From Balanoglossus misakiensis (lineage: Eukaryota > Animalia > Hemichordata), in contig CM082577.2 of NCBI GenBank assembly GCA_040954595.2, forward strand, positions 4,464,305 through 4,528,304: a stretch of 64,000 nucleotides of DNA, given 5' to 3'. Position 1 is the stretch's first letter. Every line of letters begins with the position of its first letter. A model generated the notes under the pieces. That model did not search any database. It was not told where the DNA came from and was given only the letters and a program-made list of their open reading frames with translations. The translations under genes were made by a program, and so were the position numbers. Shown piece after piece: positions 22,312 through 34,900 of the stretch.

Positions 22312-23355
22312 TCAAAATGTCCCCGTTTCCTGCTGCGTTCGGCCCGTGTGAGACTGGTTGCCGTGGCTGCTGGAGTTGAAAGCCGTGGCGACGGTCTGCG
22401 TCGGCGTCACCTTGCGGTTGCAGCACTTGAACGCCTTCTTGACGTTCTTCCTGAAGTTGCCGCTGAGGAAGGTATAGAGCAGCGGGTTGAGGCAGCTGTT
22501 GACGTAGGTCAGCGCGATGAAGGCGAACTCCACGTGGCTGGAGTAGTTGTGCAGCTTGATGACTTCGTAGCGGCGCAGCATCTGGAAGAGCCAGAAGGGC
22601 AGCCAGCAGACGAAGAAGGCGATGACGATGCCCAGCACCATGCGCGCCACGCGCCGCTTGGACTGGCGGGACTCGTCGTTCTCCGTCAGCGGGTTGTCGT
22701 GCTTGGACGCCGTCAGGCTGACCACCATGGAGACGTAGCAGAAGGTGATGACCAGGAACGGGATGGGGAAGGCCAGCACGAAGACGGTGGTCAGGTGCGC
22801 CCGCTGCGCCTCGTCCGACAGCCGGTTGCGGCACAGGCGGAAGATCTCGTCGCCGAAGTGGTACGCGTGCTCGTAGTTGAAGATGATCTTGGGCAGCGCC
22901 ACGGTGAAGCCCACCACCCAGGTGACAACGTTGATGCACTTGGCCACCGAGTCGGAGCGGTAGCCGAGCGACTTGATGGGGAAGACCACGGCCACAAAGC
23001 GGTCTATGCTCATGATGGTCAGGGTGAAGATGCTGGCCAGCATCGTGCAGACGTCCAGGGCGTCCCTCAACTTACACCCGACCGTACCGAACTTGTTGTC
23101 GGCCACCAGATATTCGACGGCGTAAAACGGACTGCACAGCACAAAGACGAGATCGGCACAGGCCAGGCTCAGGATGTAGACGTTAGTCGTCGTCTTCACC
23201 CGACCCTTTCTCGCGATGACGTAAATCGTCAGCAAATTCCCGGGAACGCCAATCAGGAAAATGAGCGCAAAAGTCACCGCCATGATTGTGTCCATCACAG
23301 TCGTGTCAGGAGGGATCCAGGGGCCATAGTCTGCTGTTGTGCTGTTGTTCAACAT
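22312..23355 (-). CDS. Class A peptide GPCR, urotensin-II receptor-like (somatostatin/MCH/UII receptor group), 347 aa, single coding exon
   Basis: Seven hydrophobic segments with GNLL (TM1), LACADL (TM2), CKL..LD..TMLASIFTLTIMSIDRF (TM3, Asp3.32 present), an ECL2 Cys, CWLPFWLFQ (TM6), LTYVNSCLNPLLY (TM7), N-glycosylation NNST and C-tail CC. Start placed at MLNNST (ATG at 23355, A at -3), downstream of a splice acceptor at 23395-23393. Confidence 0.92.
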   Translation of the reverse strand: MLNNSTTADYGPWIPPDTTVMDTIMAVTFALIFLIGVPGNLLTIYVIARKGRVKTTTNVYILSLACADLVFVLCSPFYAVEYLVADNKFGTVGCKLRDALDVCTMLASIFTLTIMSIDRFVAVVFPIKSLGYRSDSVAKCINVVTWVVGFTVALPKIIFNYEHAYHFGDEIFRLCRNRLSDEAQRAHLTTVFVLAFPIPFLVITFCYVSMVVSLTASKHDNPLTENDESRQSKRRVARMVLGIVIAFFVCWLPFWLFQMLRRYEVIKLHNYSSHVEFAFIALTYVNSCLNPLLYTFLSGNFRKNVKKAFKCCNRKVTPTQTVATAFNSSSHGNQSHTGRTQQETGTF

Positions 23356-23517
23356 CGTTTCAATCGTTCCTGGACCATCGGCGGCCCGGCTTCTTGAAAC
23401 AGACCAAAATCTGATCCACTCGGGCGTGCAAGAGAATTCTTTTAGGGGAGAGAGAGGTAAATAATATTGGTCAATAACTGGACTTGCAACAAAGAACCAT
23501 GGTTTGACGAGGACGTT

Positions 23518-23556
23518 GGCGGTGGTCACAGTGGTGGTGGTGGTGGTGGTGGTGAC
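23518..23556. repeat. Imperfect (GGT)n / (ACC)n trinucleotide repeat in the GPCR 5'UTR intron
   Basis: GGCGGTGGTCACAGTGGTGGTGGTGGTGGTGGTGGT read directly. It explains the poly-Thr in the ORF track. Confidence 0.8.
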
Positions 23557-23672
23557 GACGATTTTCACTTCCGTATTTCCACTGTAGACATTTCTTTGTA
23601 CTTATGGAGGAAGTGCATTTTATGTTGTGATCATCGAAAGAGTTGTTGAAATATATAGTAAGACATATTTAC

Positions 23673-23748
23673 CTTGCCTTCTTTTAGACCGCCTTATAAA
23701 ATAATGTCGCCGCTTGAAACTCGATGATCCGAGGCGACTTCACGTCCG
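23673..23748 (-). other. Candidate non-coding 5'UTR exon of the GPCR
   Basis: On the minus strand a pyrimidine-rich acceptor ending TTTGAATTTCAG precedes the exon and AAG|GTAAAT follows it. The next acceptor is at 23395-23393. Confidence 0.5.
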
Positions 23749-26700
23749 CTGAAATTCAAAAGAAGGAAACGAAGATAACAAAATCATTCAGAATATTTGA
23801 AAGAATCGTTCCTAATGAAATATTGAGAGACCCAACGGTTATTCCTCGTCCAATCAGAGAAAAGGCTACAATGAGCAATTCCCATGCTATGCACGAATAA
23901 TTGTTTCCATCGTGCATAACTCTAAGTTACAACAAAGCCATCCGAACGGCGCCTTCAGCGAGAGACCCTGACAGTTTTGTAAGTCTACATGCAACGCGGC
24001 GCATTACGCAAACACTTTCCTCGTTCCCTGGAAAAGCATCCTTTTAAATTACATTTTGGCGGCTGAGAAGACACATTACGGCTTTCATTTTTCAGCCCGC
24101 CGATTACGCCGCGCTTGTTGTGGTAACAGTCGGGCATCACCAACAGGTGCGACACCATTAGGCGGCAATCAGTTGGCCAAATGGATCTTTCGGAGGGGGG
24201 GGGGGTGAAGTCGGCAATCCCGCAGTGCTCATATAGATGACGATGAGTTAATGTCATCAAAGTTCGATTCGGTGACTTACGTGAACAGATCAAAGAAGGG
24301 ACGGATGATTCCTGCCACGTGGGTCTTCCGGGCATTGCGTCAAGTAATTTTTTATGTTTTCTTTATGCATCAACGGCTTCTGCAGTCGCCTATCTCTAAA
24401 TGTGATTACCAAGGCGACGGCGCTCCGCTTTTGCGTCATCACGCGCTAATAGTTTGGCCGAAATATTTTGAAATTCTGGGTGACCTTTTTCGTATCTCAC
24501 GCGTTCGATTTGTATTGCAGGAGACAGCTCGCTCCTCACTCTGTAATGGAAATTTATCCCATCTGCTTGACATTGCCAAATCACCGAGAGGTCAATCAAC
24601 GATAATGATTATTCGAAGGGGAATGCACATTACTTAAACGGTACAAAATGCATGAAGAAGGCGATCCCTTCAATCTGTCCAGACGCCAAATGGAGCTGCT
24701 GATTTATTCTGATCAAAATGCCAATAATGGCGGGAAGGTGGGACAGATGCTTTATCTGTCGTTCGGAAAATTGCTTCTAAAGCGAACTGATCCAACGGAA
24801 AATACGGAATGCACTCTTGCCTAGGCAAAACTTTCGTTTCATCAAAGGCCCTTAATCCAGACGTCCCGGATTAATCTTGACAGTATTGAACCATATTTCA
24901 CTTTTTCATTTTTCGCTCCGCTATCACCCCTTGACAAGGCCTTATACTGCACGTTCTTATTACATCATCAATGAATACTCGTCAACAGCTAGTTTTCGAC
25001 AACAGAACGCTCAAAGTCACTGTCTCCGAGGAACGGAAGATACTTCTGAGACATGCTGTCAACTCGCCTGTGAGATAAATCACGACACTTAATTCTCCAA
25101 CATAAAGTGAGTCTCATGACATTTTAATGGTTTAGAAATTGAGAACGCATGAGGTCCGTCAAGATTTGCTCGATTTGCTTGATGGGTCGTGTAAGGAGGG
25201 ACTCCAAGTGAAATGTAGTGCGTGAGTCAAAACCCTGAGTCAGTCTGCCGGCCGCGCGAACGATCATTGAACAGCAGACAACCAGATAATCATAAGAAGT
25301 GTCAGATTGGCAAAGCGCAGCCGCAGAGTGAGTTGAATCCCTTCCCTGTCTTTCTCCTCGGGAAAAACGAATTGAAGAGAAAATGATCTGACTATTATGG
25401 ATCTGTCTACTTCCTCCTGGGTTGTCGATAAGATTGTGATTGTCGTTTTAGCACAAAGCTGTTTCATATAATGAGCGATTTTCAAATAATCGCGCGAATA
25501 ATCATTGACAGTTGTTGCGGGGGGGGGGGGAAGCTTACGCTTGTCAAGATATGATTTTGATGTTCGAGTGGGCTCTGACCCGTATTATTTGAATGTTCGT
25601 CGTTAGTCGGTGATTGTGGTTGACTGTAGACACGTGTTGTTCACGACTTAAGGTTAGGGTGACTGACAAGATTGGCGGACAATAAAACAACGCTTAAAGA
25701 TTTAAACGACAAAAATTAATACGTCCACACCCAGTTCGAGCCTGTATGTGAGTCTTGTTACGCACTGCACGCGAAGTCTAACCTGGGCGCCGCGACTTAC
25801 TTTGCAGGGACCTTTCATGTTGCATAAGTACTTCAGAGATACGCTGTAATGACCATCTTTAAACCGCACCGATGGCAGCGGAAAACGCTTGCATTACTCA
25901 AGCAGGATATCTTTTTCTACCTGGAGTTTCCGAGTCTTTCCGGAACCGACATCCCCGTGAGCTGAACAACCAATCAGGACACCCGATACAGCTGAACAGT
26001 CAACCCGAACGCGCAAGTCACAGCTGATGGAGCTGACAAGTTGAATGATGTTGATTATTGGACTTGTTTGATGCCATATGGTAACTAGCTCAGTTTGCAC
26101 GAAACCAGGGCGGTGTGGACGAGCTGATCGAGAAGCGCACGCCACGCGACACGAGCTCGAAACATGACTAACAACAATCAAGCCGAGTTGGACGCTCCTA
26201 CTAGTAACTTTCCCTATACCTTTCTCGCACTCGATGATACAGCGCTGTATTCAAACTATACCTTCGCGAGACGACGAGATGTGGAAACAAGTCACTGACG
26301 TTCAGCTCTATAAATCCGTAGACGAAACAGAGCGGCTTTTTACGCCAAAACAACGCCACAGTACCCCTGGGAATTTCTCGACAAGAGATTTGAAAAGTCG
26401 ATATGTGATCATAGCGATGATATTCGCCGGGGAGACATCATAAACTTATTAGTTTATAAAAATGACAGGGAGACACATTCATGGCACCCTTGTGAGACAT
26501 CAGACATATGGCTGAAAAGAATAAAAAGTGTCATATACATCCGGTGATGATGTAGCTAAGCAACCAGCATGTTGCTATGGTTACATCCCTCGACGGATTC
26601 CCATCAGTAGACTTTAATTCGAAAATTTGCCACTGCTCTTACGCAAATACGACATACGGTAGCCATAACTTCGTTTTGGTCGGCACTCTTACAACCGAGT

Positions 26701-29700
26701 CAGAGACTCCGTTGTCCAGGTAAATGCGTGCAGTGACTGCGTTTATTATACCTCCAAATGTGATGTATTGTCTGTCGTAAACAGGGATAGATCAGGAAGT
26801 TTCGTTGGTGCGAAAATATGCCGCAAAGTTTATTGCTTCTGCAGCGTTTGAAAAGCGTCAATTGATAGCGATACGTGCAGAAGCCGGTCCCTTTGTGGAC
26901 CGCGTATGAACATTCAATTCAAAAGCAGTCGATTTTTTAAAAAGCGTAAATCAGTTTTCGCTTCTATAGAGTTTATGCGTTGTGCGGCCCATAATGATCG
27001 CGTGGCTTGCAGAAGGAAGTCAAGTCACGCGGTTTTTGTGCGCAAGCTGGCATTCGTCACATAGCTATGAGCATCACTCGGTTTCTCGTCAACCGCCTTG
27101 GGATAATTGAACACACAAAATATATATCTGATTCACCACAGAGTGTAAATGCACTCTGTGAAAGATAGTGGAATATTATTTTGACAGCTCTGTATAAAGT
27201 GCGAGATTGAATGCATGTTCCTCGATAAGAGGTCAGCGAAGCGGAGAAAACATTTTAGAACCCTGGTTTCGTTGCCATTATTTTATTTTATGAAACACTA
27301 ACCCCGAAAGGCAAACGGTTGACGCAAAATTTTAATATCAATAAAGTAAAATGCAGATCTTTCGCGGAGCATGTCGTTTGGGTATATTGTGCAATTTTGA
27401 CAGACCGTAAAAAGCGCCACTATAACGTTCTACTACAAAAACAAGAAATGTGCGGGTTAACTCTATACATTGCTGATGACTCTTTTATCGCAGCAAACCT
27501 TCCCTGATCAAAATTGAATCTGAATACGAGCTCGAGACAGTCCTATAGAGGAACGACCGGTTATTACTCTTCCCACAACATGCATGCGCCACGTGGCGAT
27601 TTTTCGTGGAAGTATAAGGTCCCGTCGAAGCTTCAGAAATACATGTACATGCCATGTGGGATATGATGGTAATTATGCAGTTACCTTGTCACCAGTCACT
27701 TCTCTAATGATGTTGTCGTATCGGCACTGCTGCAAGCTCGCGCGTGCGACGGATTGATCTGAAGAGAATTCTCTCAGCGTGTGGCGATTATTAATTAAGC
27801 TCAAAGAGTCGTTGAAAGCACACGTGGTTCCATCGGATTAATGATAACGCAACGCGAGACAAATGTACTTTTTACGTCAAAACTCATACGTGTACAGTTT
27901 ACATCTAACGTTCCGTTTTTTAGGTATTTAGATCAGTGTGCTAACTATGTTTTCTTGTGCTGCGTTCGCCGGAACTTTCTTGACCGGCTGCATGATGGGC
28001 CGTTCACGTGACATGCTAATAGGCATTGCACAAATAATGAATACATGCATATTACTATTAGACGCAGCCAACATGCAAAAATACAGCTGTATGTTGTCTT
28101 TGTTGCGTGCCAGAGTTTCTAAAATGCAATGTCGAGTGGAGTTTAGACAGCCACCAGATGGTAAAATTCATCAGAATATTACCTTGGTGGATACCACAGC
28201 AAACACAACCACCTTATGGTCAACTCTAATCATAAAATGAATAGTTTCTGATAGTGCCTCATTATTTTTTGTCGCGTATGTGATTTTCAGACAAGGTGGG
28301 CCTTAACGTTGCAAACCGTGTTCTTGATAAACGCGACATTCCGTACTAGATTCCGTTTGCATTTCTAGCGAATCACAGAACTCGTAAAGGCGGATAATTT
28401 ATTAGCACCTTCTTGAAAATAACGATGCTCTGATAGGCCTTATATTAAACTCACGGACAGCGGTTGGAATATTCCGGAGTTTGTGACGTTCGTATTTGTG
28501 TTTGGTGGTTGGATACGTTGATGGCAGAATTCAGTACGACACGATTCGCATCAACGGCGTATATTGTCACGTGGATTGCATGCTTTAGCAACCCTGTGCG
28601 TTCTAGTGCGGTTTATCTCCTTCTTTTCGACCACGCATCTTCAGTAATCTCGACAGCACAAGAGCCTCTCAGAGCCGAGAGAGTCTCTCGTTCACTTCAG
28701 CGCTCTCTTCACCGGAGTAGGACACCTCGGAGCGTGATTTTTTTTCTTTGGCGCGAAGCCTTTTTAGCAAGTTATCGCGGAACTATTTTTGCGGTGTCAT
28801 GTTGGTCGATTGTCGTTCGTATTTCACCTAATCCTCGAAGCATGGGAATTGACCACTGCAACGCAAACCCAAAACGAAAATTTCAAAATACTTCCTCCTT
28901 CGGCGAAGCGTCCATCGTGTGTATACGGGGCCGGCTTTTCTCTAGTCATCTGTGGCGTTATCTAGTTTCACCTCCGGGGGCAAAATTTACCGGCATGTGA
29001 CCGGAATTGTGAGCAGAAACGTTTCAGCCATAATAAATCGACTATTTTGCGCATAATATGTAGTCAGAGATTCATCAATTACGCTGTCCGCCAGCTATAC
29101 GCCGCCAATGACACACGCTCACAATAACGAGCTTTAGATGTTTTGTATCATCCGGCTTTTGTTTCCGTTCGACGATGTTAAATTTGATACTTTTCCACCG
29201 TCAACGAACCATGCTCCAATTTGCCAACGGGAAAAATGCTCCCAATTCGCCGGTAATTGTCGACTTCCTCTCGGAAGTCTCGGTGAACGCCGGAAATTCG
29301 GGAGCATCGCTGATGAATGATTTAAGCTGTATGGTCACGGCATTTAGGCAAATTTGCAGCCCTTAAGCGCTCGGCATAGTCGCCGTTTTTGATTTGATTT
29401 GTAAAAACAAAAACGCCTCGTGTATGGCCGAACAGCGAACGTTGGAAATTGAAGGGTTTCATTAGCCGTATACTTTTAATAAGCGCCGAGCCCTTAAATG
29501 ACCGTATTGATATTATGAAGGAAGATCTTCGATTTCCTACCGAAGAAAAGTGTATGAAGTACAGCAAGTAGAGGCGGAGTTGATATTTTTCGGGGAGGGG
29601 GGGGGGGGTAGGAATAACGTCGCGTAAATCTTTCCGAAGAATAATTTGGCCCAATATGTTCATTAAAAGAATCACTCACAGATTGACCAGACACCCGCAG

Positions 29701-31915
29701 GAGTACGCGTATACAGTATACGCATATGTCCGTGGTGGATGACTACGATATACACAAAGCTATATATTGATTCCACCCCGGCCGTACGTGTTACCGCAGG
29801 ACAGACTGCACTGAAAAACGACGGGAGACTCATGTGCCTGTACCCGGCTCCGGTGAGTTGGAGACGCCGCCGACAGCCGTGGAGGCCGCGCCGATCAAGA
29901 ACTGCGGTGGACACGATGCATCCCACAGGTATTCAAAATGTTCGCCGTATCTTCTTTTAACATGTAACGCGCGAGTGAAAACTTTTGATGCCACTCTTAA
30001 AAATACTTGGTTAATTTGACAATTATTTAGTGATTGTAAACAACACAGCAAAAAAAATCAGTAAATCCTTGAACGTAACCTACCTTTGTAAACGTCGTGT
30101 TTATACGAGCACTATGTCTCTGCTATCCCCGGACAATTTAAGTGGTGCGGGTGGTTTAACTGAGTTGCCTTATATCCAGGTTTCTCCTCTGCACAGGCGC
30201 AGTAGTCCGGTGTCACGCTATTTGTTACTTGTTGCCTTGACAACTCGTCTTTGGGGAAACACGGAATTTAGACTGTTTTGGCTTTCTTCGGCTAAACTTA
30301 CTTTGCAACTACATATTTACCAAAATATATTTGTTTATCTTATTTAAATTTTTCAAAAGGTTTACTGAGGTTAATGTTGTCTGATTTCTCTTTGTGTGCT
30401 GACATGCATCATTGTCACGTATCACTCGTAAACTGTTTTCATAACCGTATATCTAATACGGATAGGAGATGCTCATCAATTACTCCATGAAGCTTCTATA
30501 TTTCTGAGAATCGCATATCTCTGGCGTTTTTGTTGTTGTTGTTATAACATTAAGTAGTGTTAGCAGTTGTCACATCCAGCATTAAAAGATGCTCATCAAT
30601 TGCGAAATAAAACAATTTTCAAATACGTCAGTCTGAGAGTAACATGCTGTTTTCATAGAACCTTTGCCAGTTTTACGTGGACAAAGACACCTTTTACTAC
30701 CACTGCTATTTGAAGTCGCACGGAAGAATCAGAGGTATACTGGGCAATCTGTTTTTTAAATGCAAACTCATAAATTTTCGGCTGTCAAATCTAATGTGTG
30801 TATTTGAGCGCTTAAGTTATGGGGCATATAGCTTACGGCGACATATACTGTGCAATAGTATATGACTTTTTGATATGTCTCACGCCAGCCTGGTGTTGAT
30901 TTGCGTCATACGCGAGCAAGTCTTTAAACGCACCCATCATTCATGTCCAATAACAATGAACCCGTCACACTCGCTCATGTCAGTCTCGCCCTGGTGGGGT
31001 CAGCGAAAGCACACAACATCCAGGAACTTAAAGCTTGGGGTCACCACGGTGATTCCAAAATGTAGAAAATTTGTTTTCAGTGAATTGAAAACGATATAGT
31101 ATTTAATTTGGGGGAATGATTTTGTACCTGGACAAGAGAGCGGAAAAGGTCAATAATGTAAATGTTGGAAAATCCAGTTTTCCAATCAGCGCAATAATTC
31201 CAACATGGCCGTGGATGTTCTATCTGAGGTTGGTGCCTTTTAAGCACTTGTTTTCTCATTGCTTCTTCATCATCCCGCGAGCGGTGAGTACCTCATCCTG
31301 TAAGTGGGGATTAGCCCGTTGGATGACGGACAGAAGAAAACCCACACTGATTTATAAACAAACGTTTGCGTAAACATACAGATTTGACCTGTTCAAGGCT
31401 CTGGTGATGTTTTTTCGCACAAAGTTGAGCCACTGAGATGTCTCTGTAGGGCTTTTAATGGGCCTCGGAAGCAACACCGACGAGGGTATTGCACTTGTTC
31501 TTCGAGCAAAAGAAGCCTTATTATCGGTTACTTACGTTGAATGGTCTGTGTTTTAGAGTTAATTTGCAAAAAGTCCGACAACTGAGCTATAGACGGTTCG
31601 TGCCATCTTGATGTCGCCAGACTTGCATGTACCCGGAGGAATAATATAATGAAAAGTTTTTACGGGGGATCCCGATTCTATCATGGGCTATCGGAGCAAA
31701 GCTGTGCAAATTAACGAGAACATTGCATAGGAAGGATCAACTCTTGGCAGCGTTCTGTCTTGTTTAAATGCAAAAGTGTCACCCACAGTAGACCTATTTT
31801 ATAGCTATTTGATGGATAACATTCTCGTTTCTCGTATGTGTTAGAGGACTCACGCGGCGCTTTAGAGACCTTTCTATCAAATCATTTGTTTCCCGCGAGT
31901 ACATCTTGAGCGAAC

Positions 31916-31937
31916 GGGGGGGGGGGGGGGGGGGGGG
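31916..31937. repeat. Poly-G tract (22 nt)
   Basis: Read directly. Shorter G or C runs occur near 25518 and 41628. Confidence 0.9.
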
Positions 31938-34900
31938 TTCGACCATCCGTTCTGACACGTCACGTGGTGCAGCGCAAAGTGCTCGTCCCCACGGAAGAGA
32001 TTAACAGCACAGTAAATCAAATGATAATACGGTTCATATCGTAAAAAAAGCGTATAGGAGGAACAGCAGCCTGAGCTTTATTTCCAGACAGGAGAAACTA
32101 TATTGGTTCAATTTGATGGTTTCCACGCAGAGAAATGCAGATTTACCGTCCTTGCCGAGACCATTAGTCCGAGGCTAACAGCGACCGCCTCGGCGCGAGA
32201 TATATGCTGGCCAAACACTCGAATGATGCTGGAGATATCAAATTAATCCGTTGAAAGCTCGATCGCATATTGCATGCGGTGAGTCTTCCGTTACATTCCA
32301 ATCAAGTCAGTCACGAGTGCGGCTTCCCCGGCTATTACTTAACGGTGAAAAGGGATGTCCTCATGCAGCCGGTTATTTATCATTGTGTCAAGTAACATTC
32401 GATTGAGTGTTTCATCGCTGTCGCCGCCGCGCTGAGCTCGCTCTTTATTCCCGGATACAATTGTGCAATTAACGGCCTGTGGAGGCAAATGCCTTCGCTG
32501 TGAAAAGGCATGAAACGCAATCTCCGAGGGCTCCTTTTCAGCCGGCAATGGATCGGGAGAGTGAAGCTTACGCAGGTCACGGCGAGATTAATTCCCCGCA
32601 CTCAATGAATTGATGAGAGATGCGGTAATCGCCGGCATCAATAGAGACAGGCCCGTCTTAAAACATTCTACACGTAACTTCGCAATAACATTATTGGGTG
32701 ACCCGGTGTGACCCCGCGCGATATGCTATTAAATTTCCACTTTTTCAAATTCAACCTGTGATTAAATCCGGCCCGATTGCCAAGAGTCGTGCAATCATAG
32801 ACCGGTTATTAATACGCAGCAAGAAACCGGTTATTAATATACACTCAATAAAATGTTATCGGGCAGAAGAGTCGGCTTTCTATCAAAAAACGTCCACGTG
32901 GGACCGTTGGAAGGGGAAAACTAAGCGATTCGACCATTCAAGTTATGGTAAACAGCAAAGCAAATAACGCGCCGAAATATCATTTATCGCGGCGAAAATG
33001 CACGATGAGATCTGAAACAATAACGCATTTCTTTTTGCCCATACCTTCGCGTTGCCATTTACTATAGACATCAAAGCCGCTATCATTATATTGCAGATGG
33101 TACTACAGTCAGATTATATTGGTTATGTGGGCATTTCCCACAGTTAGCAAAAGTGTCGTTACACGTAGATGTAAACAATTTGTGATGATATCCATTATCA
33201 AGATTATACTGTACTAACGATATCAATAAATCTTTCCACCCCCCCCCCCTTTTGTCTCTGAATGGTGACACGATGGATGATAAAACATTCCAAATACAAT
33301 ATGCGACAGACCTAATGTTATGAATAATGTATTGAAAATCGATCAGGTATGTCCACTATGATTACTTCGTAGATGATAAATAAATAAATTTCATTTGTAA
33401 CCAGTGAGATTAAGCCCAATCTAGTAAAATTTTCATGAACGTGGCATATTTTTATACCCCGACATGTGGTGGAACGGAGTCTTAACAATGAAAGGCAACT
33501 AGTACTCTCTTGTATATTTTGTATATATTTACCGAAGTCGTTGTATACACTGGAAGACATTTGTCCAATAAACGTTAAGGTTGACTCGTGATAAGAAGAT
33601 TTGAATTTTCAAACGGAATTGTGACGCGTAGCAGCTGCAGTTTTGAACGTTAACCACCAGAGGAAAGCACTGTGATGTTTTGTCAAGGCAATACAGGCGT
33701 AGATTCACTCACAATGGTTCCATTGATTTTTTAATTAGCGCTGTTTATTTAAAAACAAATAAAATGTGCAATATACGTAATACAGGTGAAAAGGGGGTCA
33801 CCTCGGTGAACTCGTTAATTAACCCCTTAAGTAACCCGTACTTTTGCCATTATTTATCACAGTGCCTTCACTGTTGTTTTAAACGGCTCTTATCGTGCTC
33901 ATAACTTTGCAAAGAGAATCGATATTAATGGCGTTAAAAGCCTTGTCGGAATCAGTGACTAATATAATTCCCGCTCGGGCTCAGTATTAAGCAGTCCATT
34001 TGATGTCTACATTCATTGGGAGAAGATTACTCTGCAGTTCGACGTCTGTCTCTGTTGGTCTCGGGGCTGTTGTGTGATCAAATTACTGATACTGTGCTTG
34101 AATTCGCAGGCCAGAATATCCCCCTTATGCGTATACGCGTAATCGACGACGACGGAAGTCACACACACACAAAAAAAACTCCAAGCACAAAGTAAAAACG
34201 AAATGTAAAAATACCATTTTGTAAATCCATCACCGCCGGGGCTTTTGGCAGTGTTTTGATGATTGAAAATACAAATCAGCAAGTGCCTATTGACATTTGA
34301 AAACAATTTTGGTAAATTAACATTCAGTATGTCACCGGGACAATTATCCCCACTGCATTTACTCTAAAGCGCGGGCGCGGAATAAAACCGTTTGGGTTTA
34401 CGTAAAACAACCCGCGGCTGCTCTAACATTCTGAAATCACCCGTCTGAAATTTTCTCTGAACCCCGATTTTCCTTTACTTGCACTCACTGTCCAAATGCT
34501 ATTAAGTTAAACCGTGGAAATATCATATACAGTGACGACGTCTCCGCCACACTTTACGGAAATGCCAAGATAAATTGCCCAATTTTGCAAATTGACGAAC
34601 TTTGGACAGATTCCCGGAGACTTGTTGCAACAAATAGCTGTAGTGTCTGACTTTCACAATTCTTGACACCTCAAGCATGATATGTCAGCTCTTTATTGCC
34701 AATGTGGAAGGGCGGGCTTGGTGGGTATGGACATCCGGGGTAACAAAGAGAGCTATCACGCACACTCTTATAAACAGCGTGCTATACCTAACTCGCCACA
34801 CACCTTTTTACGGCACAATATATTCCGCTTCAAAATTTACGACGGCAAGAAAAACATATTAAAGTAGTTCCGATCCAAGATACGCTGGCATTTTCTGATC

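Noticed and set aside
22262-22939. 225-aa alternative-frame ORF inside the GPCR
   Set aside because: Low-complexity R/P/A/G/Q product expected from GC-rich codon bias.
22348-23397. 349-aa plus-strand ORF antisense to the GPCR
   Set aside because: Codon-register mirror of a GC3-rich CDS, which suppresses antisense stops. No recognisable motifs.
23356-23568. 71-aa N-terminal extension of the GPCR with poly-Thr
   Set aside because: Runs through a trinucleotide repeat and past a good splice acceptor at 23395-23393, so most of it is probably intron. MLNNST is the better start.
27137-27160. Hairpin CACAGAGTG...CACTCTGTG
   Set aside because: An isolated 9-bp stem is compatible with chance in 64 kb.
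28452-28462. CACGGACAGCG, right half of an RE1/NRSE site upstream of the GPCR
   Set aside because: The left half (TTCAGCAC) is absent at the proper spacing.
28464-29000. 178-aa ORF in the gene-free region
   Set aside because: Non-ATG start, no domain motif, no codon bias, no supporting splice structure.
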